Assembly (NCBI GenBank): GCA_035539055.1
Contig: DATLJC010000032.1
Coordinates: forward strand, 90,788 to 114,787
Source: Candidatus Saccharimonadales bacterium
GTDB taxonomy: Bacteria > Acidobacteriota > Terriglobia > Terriglobales > Acidobacteriaceae
Direction: 5' to 3'
Length of the DNA stretch: 24,000 nt
In this document: one piece after another, positions 17,846 to 24,000 of the stretch
How the letters are laid out: every line of letters starts with the position of its first letter
Numbering within the stretch: position 1 is the first letter of the stretch
Notes under the pieces: model-generated
Seen by the model: only the letters and a program-made list of their open reading frames with translations
Databases searched by the model: none
Told to the model about the DNA's origin: nothing
Translations under genes and position numbers: made by a program

Positions 17846-18186
17846 CTGTGTACTCCTTGCGCCCGGACGTTGAACGTTCCAGGCAGCTTTCTCGCGCTCG
17901 CCGCCGGGCCACAAATGCGCCTCCGCAAAATCGGCGGTCTGCTGTGAAATAGGGTCGGCCCCGTCAAGACGCCACTAGCATCTCGTAGAGTCATCGAGCT
18001 CCGGCTGGGAGCTGCCCTTGAACGCCTGGATCGAAACCCGGGGATCGGGGCTGGTAAAGAACCCAGCATCTTTCAAATCCGTATCCGGGCGCCGTTCCGG
18101 CGCTGCGCGAGTGGTGGCTGGTAACTCGGAAAATCCGAGCCCTCCCGAGCTTTTTCGGTGGGGAGGTCCGCCTCGCAAGTTGTTGC

Positions 18187-18215
18187 CACTCTATCGAGCG
18201 TCCAGAGGGGAGTCA
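18187..18215 (-). promoter_or_regulatory. Candidate sigma70-like promoter inside the long gap upstream of smc
   Basis: On the minus strand: TTGACT (18215-18210), 17-nt spacer, TAGAGT (18192-18187). It would give a roughly 335-nt leader for smc or start an independent RNA. Prediction by eye only. Confidence 0.3.
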
Positions 18216-18431
18216 AGAGACAAAACCCCATTTGTTGTAGGTCTCTGTGCAAAACCCCTACATATGCACCTGCTATGTAGCAACCACACCACACATGCAC
18301 GCGAAGCGGTGCAAAGTGTCCCCACGCAAAATGAGGCGCACTGCACAACTGACGTGTATGGGGAAGCACGGAAGGAGAACGACAGAGCCTCTTAAGACTA
18401 GGAGAGGAAGGAGCAAAACGCAAGAAGCTGA

Positions 18432-18463
18432 ATGCAAAACGAAAAGCCCGGCTTTCACCGGGC
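18432..18463 (-). terminator. Rho-independent terminator of the M20 peptidase gene
   Basis: On the minus strand: AGCCCGG tgaaag CCGGGCT followed by TTTCGTTTTGC, beginning 17 nt after the stop at 18481. Confidence 0.8.
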
Positions 18464-18480
18464 TGACAGCCCTCGAAGTT

Positions 18481-19854
18481 CTATTTCTCTCCGAGAATGG
18501 ACAAGAAGCGAACAACGGATTCAATACCCTTGTAGAAGTTCGGAATGTGGAACTTCTCATTCGGGGCGTGAATGTTGTCATCAGGGAGACCGAGGCCCAT
18601 CATCACGGAAGGAATCTTCAGATCGTTGCGGAACTGGCCGACGATGGGTATAGAGCCGCCGGAGCGGATGTAGACGGTGTCCTTCTGAAACACTTCGTGC
18701 AGCGCTTTGTTTGCTGCCTTGATGTAATTGTTGTCAGTGCTTACGACTACGGCCTTTCCCTTGGAATGGACCTTGATGCTGATCTGAATTCCCTTGGGGG
18801 TAATGGACGTAACGTACTTGGTGAACTTTTCCAGGATGTCATCGGGGTCTTGGTTGGGAACCATGCGCATGGAGATTTTTGCGGAGGCCTTTGCCGGGAT
18901 CACGGTCTTCGCGCCGGTTCCGGTAAATCCACCTGGCATGCCGTGAACTTCAAGCGTTGGCCGCGCCCATGTGCGGTAGAGCACAGAATAATCTCTTTCG
19001 CCGGTTAGTACCGTTGAACCCACTTCGGTCTTGCGGTAATGCTCTTCGTCGAACGGCAGTGACTTCCACGCTTTCAACTCGTCAGCAGTAGGAGGAGCCC
19101 ATTGATCGTAGAAGCCGGGAATGAGTATGCGTCCCTCTTCGTCTTTCAGTTTGCTGATGATCTCGCAAAGCGCGAACAGAGGATTTGGAGCCGCGCCGCC
19201 ATACATACCGGAATGCAGGTCAGATGTGGCACCTCGGGCTTCGATTTCTGTGTACACCAGGCCGCGCAGCCCCACGCACAGGGTCGGTAGGTTAGGCGCA
19301 AAGAGTTCGGTGTCACAGACCAGCGCTACATCGGACTTCAGGCGGTCGCCGTGTTCGTGCACAAACTTTTCGACAGCCTCTCCCCCTACTTCTTCTTCGC
19401 CTTCAAAGAGCAGTCGAACATTCACCGGCAATTTTCCATCGGCGGCAAAAAGCGATTCGAGTGCTTTGATCTGCATCCAAAGCTGGCCCTTGTCGTCCAC
19501 GGCGCCGCGTGCATACAGGTTCTGGTTGCGTTCCGTCGGTTCAAAAGGTGGCGAAACCCACTCATCGAGCGGCTCGGCGGGCTGCACGTCGTAATGTGCG
19601 TAGATCAATACCGTGGGCTTGCCCGCAGCATGGAGCCAATCGCCATAAACCAGGGGATGGCCCGCGGTCTCAATTGTTTCCACGTGCTCGATTCCGATGC
19701 GCTTCAACTCTGCCGCCACGAATCCAGCCGCTTTGTCGATGTCGCTTCTGTGCTCCGGAAGGGTGCTGATACTGGGAATGCGAAGTAGCTCCTTCAGTTC
19801 TTCGAGAAAGCGCTTTTCGTTTTTCTTTGCAAATGAAATTGCAGGCGATGCCAT
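18481..19854 (-). CDS. M20 family metallopeptidase (dipeptidase-like; ArgE/DapE/ACY1/CPG2 superfamily)
   Basis: Metal-ligand motifs HYDVQP, GAVDDKG and EGEEEVGG. The ORF-track start (20031) adds 59 low-quality residues overlapping the thiO-like stop. The ATG at 19854 (MASPAISFAKKNEKRFLEELKELLRIPSIS) has a GAAAGGA upstream and matches family N-termini, giving 457 aa. Confidence 0.9.
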   Translation of the reverse strand: MASPAISFAKKNEKRFLEELKELLRIPSISTLPEHRSDIDKAAGFVAAELKRIGIEHVETIETAGHPLVYGDWLHAAGKPTVLIYAHYDVQPAEPLDEWVSPPFEPTERNQNLYARGAVDDKGQLWMQIKALESLFAADGKLPVNVRLLFEGEEEVGGEAVEKFVHEHGDRLKSDVALVCDTELFAPNLPTLCVGLRGLVYTEIEARGATSDLHSGMYGGAAPNPLFALCEIISKLKDEEGRILIPGFYDQWAPPTADELKAWKSLPFDEEHYRKTEVGSTVLTGERDYSVLYRTWARPTLEVHGMPGGFTGTGAKTVIPAKASAKISMRMVPNQDPDDILEKFTKYVTSITPKGIQISIKVHSKGKAVVVSTDNNYIKAANKALHEVFQKDTVYIRSGGSIPIVGQFRNDLKIPSVMMGLGLPDDNIHAPNEKFHIPNFYKGIESVVRFLSILGEK

Positions 19855-19908
19855 GATGGGAAATCCTTTCTGACTGCATGGAAAGCTGAAACGTGAAGCA
19901 GACTGGAG

Positions 19909-19917
19909 AGTATAGCA
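19909..19917 (-). promoter_or_regulatory. Extended -10 promoter element upstream of the M20 peptidase gene
   Basis: The minus strand reads TGCTATACT (TGnTATAAT-like), about 55 nt upstream of the ATG at 19854. It lies inside the rejected N-terminal extension. Confidence 0.35.
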
Positions 19918-20030
19918 CCCGAGATTGTGTGCCTTGCCCCGCGCCGTGGAAGTGGTTTCGCGGACCGAGCTGCATGGGGATGTTGGGATTACTACACTCA
20001 AAAACAGAACATGCGCATGAGCATGAAACA

Positions 20031-21125
20031 TTAGAAGCGAAGAGGAGAGAACCTTTGCAGCGAGACCGGAGACCTACCATTAAGAATCAGTTCACACATC
20101 ACCTCGGCTGTGACTGGCGTGAGAAGAATTCCATCGCGGTAATGTCCTGTCGCAGCGAAGTACCCATCCACTTCAGTTGCTCCTAGTAATGGCAGGTTGT
20201 CGGGAGTGCCGGGTCGTAAACCCGTCCATGCTTCCGAAATCTGTGCCTCGGCAAAGAGAGGAATCAATCGCGCCGCTGCATTCTGCAGTCGCTTTACTCG
20301 GTACGCATTCAGTGTTTTATCGAAACCAGCGGGCTCAACCGTACTACCTACAACATAGCGTCCATTGCTTCGCGGAATGATGTAGCACCAACGTGATCGG
20401 AGCACATGACGGAGAACGCGGCTAATCTCGCGATCTGCAGGGCTCATCGTCAACTCATCAGGAAACGCCAGCGCAACCATGTGACCCTTTACAGGAAGCG
20501 TAGGCAGCTTTTTTCCAGCTCCCGCAATCTGAGAGGCCCATGCGCCGGCGCAATTCACGATGAGAGGTGCTGTGTAGGATGCGCGATCCGTGAGCACTCC
20601 AGTTGCGTGACCACGAGTGTGCTGAATTTGCTGGACGGTTTCACCGGAGACCATCTCTACGTGACGCTTGTTCAAAGCGCTAATGAGCGCTGAAACCAGA
20701 TCGCGCGGATCCACAGCGCGCTCGCTGATAGTGTATGCAGGGTCGGGAGGAATCGTCAGCTTCGGTTCCAGGGAGAGTGCTTGCTCGGCAGTGATTTTGC
20801 GGATTCCCTCGCGCTCCGCGATGGGATGCTGTTCGAAAGCAATCACGCCGTTGTCGCGCAAGTCTATGGGCAGGCCCGACTCTGATGACAGTTCATTCAC
20901 AAACTTCGGATATAGGTTGGCGCTGCGATGAGCAAGTTCGAGCAATTCGACTGGCAACACCGGATCGAGATTGGCAATCATTCCACCACCGGCGTGAGAA
21001 GCCTCCTGTCCGGGTTCACGCCGCTCGATGACAATGACGTTGACAGAATGGCGGGACAACTCCCAGGCCAGCGAGAGTCCGATTAATCCTCCGCCAATCA
21101 CAATGACGTCATACGATTTCTGCAC
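20031..21125 (-). CDS. thiO: FAD-dependent oxidoreductase of the DAO family, glycine oxidase ThiO-like
   Basis: 364 aa with dinucleotide fold YDVIVIGGGLIGLSLAWEL, ASHAGGGMI, and C-terminal GHYRDGILLTPVTAE typical of ThiO and glycine/D-amino-acid oxidases. GTG start. The symbol is tentative because there is no thi gene context. Confidence 0.8.
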   Translation of the reverse strand: MQKSYDVIVIGGGLIGLSLAWELSRHSVNVIVIERREPGQEASHAGGGMIANLDPVLPVELLELAHRSANLYPKFVNELSSESGLPIDLRDNGVIAFEQHPIAEREGIRKITAEQALSLEPKLTIPPDPAYTISERAVDPRDLVSALISALNKRHVEMVSGETVQQIQHTRGHATGVLTDRASYTAPLIVNCAGAWASQIAGAGKKLPTLPVKGHMVALAFPDELTMSPADREISRVLRHVLRSRWCYIIPRSNGRYVVGSTVEPAGFDKTLNAYRVKRLQNAAARLIPLFAEAQISEAWTGLRPGTPDNLPLLGATEVDGYFAATGHYRDGILLTPVTAEVMCELILNGRSPVSLQRFSPLRF

Positions 21126-21219
21126 GTTCCCATTGTAAACAGATCACGATTGTACGGCGAGTGAGCGGAAGCAGCGGATGAGAATACTAGAGGGGGGTGT
21201 TTGTATCCCTAACTCAAAC

Positions 21220-21951
21220 TTATTCTGACTGGCGAGTCGTTCCTGGTTTCTTGACTGCCGCTTGGCGTATATAGGTATGGGATTTTGAAGACTTCTCGGC
21301 TTGCAGGGCGGGAGAGGTGGACGCAGGAGGCTTTACTAGAAGTCTGCTAATCACAACGAGACGTTGGGGCGCGGGACCAGCGTTGTAAGCCGGATCACAC
21401 GTTATGAGAGTGAGTCGATTATCTTTTGTCGGAGCCGCGACCGAAATGTCGTCGGGCTTAACAATTCGAAATTCTTCAATCTCATAAGTAAACGTCTGGC
21501 CATCGCGCTCGACCAGAATATGGTCGCCCTGTTTCAGGTCCATGATCTTGCGTAAGAACGTTTCGCGATGCGCGCTGACGACTACATTGCCTGAGTCGCC
21601 TGGCAGTGCCGTGCCAGTCATATGTCCGGGGCCGATCATCAGCGAGAGCGGATCAGTGCCTTCAACGATGACGGCAGAGACGTCAATCGCTGGAATAGTG
21701 AGCCGACTCAAGCTGCCGTCTCGGAGTGCAACGGAAGAGCGGTGCTCAATCTTGCGATCATTCCCCTGCTGCGCTCGCCAGAGTGCTTGCAGATGGCGCT
21801 GCTCAACAACCATTATGCCGTACTGCACTCCTACATAGCCCAAAATCGCGACTCCAACAAAAAACAGGGCAGGCGCGAGGCGATGGCGGATATTCTTCAG
21901 CGTTGAACGGGAGCGCATTGGAGTATGTAGAGACAATTCGGTGTGTTCCAC
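21220..21951 (-). CDS. Sortase family transpeptidase (membrane-anchored)
   Basis: N-terminal TM anchor (LAPALFFVGVAILGYVGVQYGIMVV). Catalytic His in NVVVSAHR, catalytic Cys in the LTLITCDP signature (identical core to S. aureus SrtA LTLITCD), and a downstream Arg (QRLVVISR). The start is ambiguous: GTG at 21951 or ATG at 21918. Confidence 0.85.
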   Translation of the reverse strand: MEHTELSLHTPMRSRSTLKNIRHRLAPALFFVGVAILGYVGVQYGIMVVEQRHLQALWRAQQGNDRKIEHRSSVALRDGSLSRLTIPAIDVSAVIVEGTDPLSLMIGPGHMTGTALPGDSGNVVVSAHRETFLRKIMDLKQGDHILVERDGQTFTYEIEEFRIVKPDDISVAAPTKDNRLTLITCDPAYNAGPAPQRLVVISRLLVKPPASTSPALQAEKSSKSHTYIRQAAVKKPGTTRQSE

Positions 21952-22053
21952 GGGAGTTACGGCTTTATCTCCGAACCCTTTTACAGAGATAGATGCCGTG
22001 AATCACGTCAGAAACACTGGCCAGAATTGGAATGTCCAGATGAATCGAGAGTT

Positions 22054-22680
22054 CTACCTCGATCGCATTGCATGCGCTGCCCCACCAATCAAAAGACCAA
22101 AACCGATAATCGACAATAGAGGCAGTGGACTTCCAGCCAAGGGCAGGTTGAGGTCTCCGTCGTTACGCAACTCTGGAGGAATGGGCGCTGCGGGACTAAC
22201 GCCGGCAATCGTTCGACTCGAATTCTGCCGCTTCGCTCCTCGTGGGCCATCGGTGCGTGCAGGGGAACTCACTGCTGGCACTTTGAACTGCACCGTCGCA
22301 CTGCCGCCTGGGATAGGCGACTTGTTGGCGTCTACCAATGTCACTCGAACGCTGTGGACTCCAGGCTGGAGGTCGGAGAAGGTGTAGCTTGTGTCGGTGG
22401 TGTTGACTGGGTCAGCAGCGTCGAGTTGCAGGATGAAGTTAGGCTCCCCATTGAGTGCAGGCTTCACCAACTCGAAGCGAAGATCCACAAAGTTGGCTTC
22501 AAGCATTTGGCCAGCGACCGGCGTAAGGATTCGCAGCGATGATGATTGAGCGTCCGGATTTACGACGGCTGGAGCCGAAGATGAATCCGCGGCCGGAGTT
22601 GTGTTGGACCGACTTTCCTGGGCGATGCCAAGTGTTGTGGCTATCAGCGCCAGCGAAAGCAGCAGTCGAATGTGTCCCAT
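22054..22680 (-). CDS. Secreted beta-sandwich-like protein with a C-terminal sortase-type sorting signal (predicted sortase substrate)
   Basis: Start reassigned to ATG 22680 (GGAGA upstream), giving MGHIRLLLSLALIATTLGIA|QE as the signal peptide. The central region is beta-rich, followed by a Pro/Ser/Arg linker. The C-terminus is LPLAG + SPLPLLSIIGFGLLIGGAAHA + MRSR (motif + TM + basic tail). The stop lies 102 nt upstream of the sortase gene on the same strand. Confidence 0.7.
   Translation of the reverse strand: MGHIRLLLSLALIATTLGIAQESRSNTTPAADSSSAPAVVNPDAQSSSLRILTPVAGQMLEANFVDLRFELVKPALNGEPNFILQLDAADPVNTTDTSYTFSDLQPGVHSVRVTLVDANKSPIPGGSATVQFKVPAVSSPARTDGPRGAKRQNSSRTIAGVSPAAPIPPELRNDGDLNLPLAGSPLPLLSIIGFGLLIGGAAHAMRSR
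22057..22146 (-). other. Tripartite cell-wall-sorting-signal-like C-terminus (LPLAG pentapeptide at 22146-22132, hydrophobic helix, RSR tail)
   Basis: Direct translation gives LPLAGSPLPLLSIIGFGLLIGGAAHAMRSR* as the last 30 codons of the CDS. Confidence 0.65.
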
Positions 22681-22962
22681 GTACTCTCTTCTCCGAGTAT
22701 GTAAGCGGCGCGTCAATAGCAGCATTCATCTCCACAAAAAAGGTGCGCCGCTGCCTTTTCTGTCGACGGCTCCGAGAATACATTCCAGGTGCCTAATTTC
22801 ACCTCTCGCCCTGAGAGGCCCTGCGACGGAAAGCGATACTCTGTTTAGACCGCAATTCTTCTGGTCTATGTTGGAGCACGACGAGAACCAAACTGTTCAG
22901 TTCAGGCCTGTGTCTCTCACAAATCTTTTGCCTTAGTTCAAAACGAGGGAGTAAGGTCTTCG

Positions 22963-22991
22963 TTGACACTGGGCAGGAGCGCTGGAACAAT
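22963..22991 (+). promoter_or_regulatory. Sigma70-like promoter for the coiled-coil membrane protein gene
   Basis: TTGACA (22963-22968), 17-nt spacer, AACAAT (22986-22991). CAGGAG at 23008-23013 sits 7 nt before the ATG at 23021. Confidence 0.4.
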
Positions 22992-23020
22992 CATTGCAGA
23001 TAACTTTCAGGAGCCCTCAA

Positions 23021-23830
23021 ATGTCTGAGACCGTTGAGATCAAAAGTGTGGAGAAACAAACGAGCACAGTCGCGCTAGTGGCTGGAGCCGTGGTGGCGAT
23101 CATTCTGTTTGCAGTCGCGCTCTATCTGATTTTCGATCTGCGCGGTCGCGTGAATTCACTCGAAGCCAACGCTACGCGGCAGAATGCGGAAGCAAAGGTT
23201 ATTGAAGACAAACTTCACCTGACCAACAAAAACATCGAGGCCGGGATGGAGGCGCTCGGGTCCAAGGTGGGAATGACGCAGGAGGATCTGGCGAAAAGAA
23301 CGGCTGATTTGAAGGCGCAGCAGGAGCGCGCAGCCGCTAGATTGGCCGCTGCTCAACAGGCAACAAACAAGGAAGTCGATAACGTGAATTCAGCCGTGAC
23401 CGGCGTGAAGAGCGACCTTGGCGGAGCGAAGAACGATATCGCCAGCACACGTTCGGATCTTGCAGCGACGAAGGCTAAACTTGAAACCGCAATCGGCGAC
23501 TTGAACGTTCATAGCGGACTGATCGCTAAGAATCACGATGAGTTGGAGTTCTTGAAGCATAAGGGCGATCGCAACTACTTTGAGTTCACGTTGAGGAAGA
23601 AACAGCGCAGTCCAATTGCAACCGTGAGTCTGGAATTGAAGAAGACCGATCCCAAGAAGTCCCGCTTTACGCTCAATGTTTATGCGGATGATCACACGAT
23701 TGAGAAGAAAGATAGAACGCTCGGAGAGCCCCTGCAGTTCTACACGGGACGAGACAAACAACTCTACGAAGTAGTAGTCTTCAACGTTGGCAAAGACCAA
23801 ATTTCGGGATATATGGCAACACCTAAATAA
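23021..23830 (+). CDS. Membrane-anchored coiled-coil protein with a conserved-looking beta-rich C-terminal domain (hypothetical)
   Basis: Start moved from TTG 22994 to ATG 23021 (good SD). N-terminal TM is TSTVALVAGAVVAIILFAVALYLIF. About 140 aa of heptad-like Ala/Lys/Glu/Asp-rich sequence follows, then a C-terminal roughly 90-aa domain (NYFEFTLRKK...VVVFNVGKDQISGYMATPK). A strong terminator follows. Confidence 0.7.
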   Translation: MSETVEIKSVEKQTSTVALVAGAVVAIILFAVALYLIFDLRGRVNSLEANATRQNAEAKVIEDKLHLTNKNIEAGMEALGSKVGMTQEDLAKRTADLKAQQERAAARLAAAQQATNKEVDNVNSAVTGVKSDLGGAKNDIASTRSDLAATKAKLETAIGDLNVHSGLIAKNHDELEFLKHKGDRNYFEFTLRKKQRSPIATVSLELKKTDPKKSRFTLNVYADDHTIEKKDRTLGEPLQFYTGRDKQLYEVVVFNVGKDQISGYMATPK

Positions 23831-23844
23831 CAGAACTGCAATCG

Positions 23845-23873
23845 CAAGAGCCCGGCAGAGCCGGGCTTTTGCT
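23845..23873 (+). terminator. Rho-independent terminator
   Basis: AGCCCGGC (23849-23856) aga GCCGGGCT (23860-23867), followed by TTTTGC. Confidence 0.8.
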
Positions 23874-23886
23874 GCATCGGAGAGCT

Positions 23887-24000
23887 ATGCTGACTACATG
23901 GACTACTGCCTGGCAGATTGTTGCGCGCACCGGTGCGGTGTATCTGTTGGTGCTGGTGGGAGTGCGTTTGACGGGCAAGCGCGAGGTCGGACAGATGACG
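23887..24000 (+). CDS. DUF421/YetF-like membrane protein, N-terminal fragment (runs off the window end)
   Basis: Manual translation gives MLTTWTTAWQIVARTGAVYLLVLVGVRLTGKREVGQMT. The RLxGKRxxGQMT segment after a TM helix is characteristic of the DUF421 family. GGAGAG lies just upstream. Confidence 0.55.
   Translation, partial: MLTTWTTAWQIVARTGAVYLLVLVGVRLTGKREVGQMT

Noticed and set aside
13662-17947. Several long plus-strand ORFs antisense to smc (13662..14459, 15074..15958, 15974..16741, 17246..17947, and others)
   Set aside because: They lie entirely within the well-supported smc CDS. Their translations are low-complexity (Arg/Ser/Ala/Leu-rich) with no motifs. Antisense frames of GC-rich coiled-coil genes (GAG/CAG/CTG/GCG codons) are naturally depleted in stop codons.
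17941-17960. TATTTCACAG (minus strand), resembling a half parS site (TGTTTCACGTGAAACA) next to smc
   Set aside because: Only one half-site is present and it has mismatches. There is no palindromic partner.
18024-18040. T-arm-like GGGTTTCGATCC on the minus strand, resembling a tRNA or tmRNA T-arm
   Set aside because: The stem has a central mismatch (CCGGG/CCAGG), the loop deviates from the consensus, and no cloverleaf can be built from the flanks.
18111-18138. tmRNA/tRNA-like 3' end on the minus strand (CTCGGAtttTCCGAG followed by TTACCAGCCACCA)
   Set aside because: The loop is 3-5 nt rather than a 7-nt T-loop (no TTCNANT). No complementary 5' acceptor strand (GGCTGGTAA) exists on the same strand, and no GGGG...GGATTCGAC 5' module lies in the proper order.
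18174-18187. Sigma54-like TGGCAACAACTTGC on the minus strand upstream of smc
   Set aside because: The spacing between the GG and GC elements is one nucleotide short of the strict TGGCAC-N5-TTGC geometry.
18300-18345. GCAAAG ... ACGCAAAA pair, reminiscent of the c-di-GMP-I (GEMM) riboswitch core
   Set aside because: Only 7 nt separate the two elements, so there is no room for the intervening hairpin with a GNRA loop. The overall architecture is absent.
18378-18395. ACGACAGAGCCTCTTAAG, resembling the RNase P RNA CR-IV/P4 3' strand (ACAGAACCCGGCTTA)
   Set aside because: No GAGGAAAGTCC-type P4 5' strand or other conserved regions (GGTGAAAGGGTG, AGCAAGG) are present. The best complementary 5' segment is only about 170 nt away and has a mismatch, which is too short for type A RNase P.
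18018-18423. 125-aa (+) and 116-aa (-) ORFs in the gap upstream of smc
   Set aside because: Both translations are rich in Cys, Trp, His and Arg, lack an SD and recognisable motifs, and overlap each other. They were treated as non-coding, and the region is reported as a candidate RNA or leader instead.
18432-18653. 73-aa plus-strand ORF beginning after the GGA-rich tract and running antisense into the M20 gene
   Set aside because: The SD-like sequence is about 20 nt from the ATG. The ORF crosses the terminator hairpin and is antisense to a well-supported CDS, and the translation is Ser/Arg/Cys-rich.
21126-21219. Possible TPP riboswitch upstream of the ThiO-like gene
   Set aside because: The conserved CUGAGA and ACCUGAUCUGGAUAAUGCCAGCG-type core elements are absent on the minus strand, and the region is only 94 nt.
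1-24000. Scan for CRISPR repeats, tandem repeats, IS termini, transposase/integrase genes, and rRNA/tRNA genes
   Set aside because: No regularly spaced direct repeats, no recombinase-like ORFs and no cloverleaf-compatible T-arm sequences were seen by eye. The window looks like core chromosome rather than an accessory island.

Overview
This is a chromosomal, mostly housekeeping window. It is moderately GC-rich by eye (not computed). The protein families suggest an Acidobacteriota-like diderm, but that is inference only.

I support 22 CDS, two of them partial at the window edges:
- A tightly packed minus-strand cluster, cinA-thpR-plsY-gpsA-ftsY-ribD (1-4639).
- A plus-strand Rrf2 regulator abutting cydAB (4885-7890).
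- A signal-peptide beta-barrel-like protein (8063-8959).
- An SDR oxidoreductase.
- A secreted TPR-like protein.
- A small Fis-type HTH protein.
- purC-cvpA.
- A long smc gene (13880-17845).
- An M20 peptidase.
- A ThiO-like FAD oxidase.
- A sortase with an adjacent predicted substrate (21220-22680).
- A membrane-anchored coiled-coil protein.
- The start of a DUF421/YetF-like gene.

I found no rRNA, tRNA, CRISPR array, transposase, integrase or recognisable defence genes.

The least ordinary items are:
1. A dedicated sortase/substrate pair whose substrate ends in a non-canonical LPLAG + TM + RSR sorting signal, in what looks like a Gram-negative-type genome.
2. Two unusually long non-coding gaps flanking smc (about 590 nt upstream, about 310 nt downstream). 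Both are rich in hairpins and I could not assign either to any RNA family.
3. A roughly 120-aa acidic/Ser-rich insertion in the SMC head.
4. An IscR-like Cys3His Rrf2 regulator fused in operon-like fashion to cytochrome bd.

None of these is proven novel from sequence alone. Several six-frame ORF starts appear over-extended and are corrected in the feature list.
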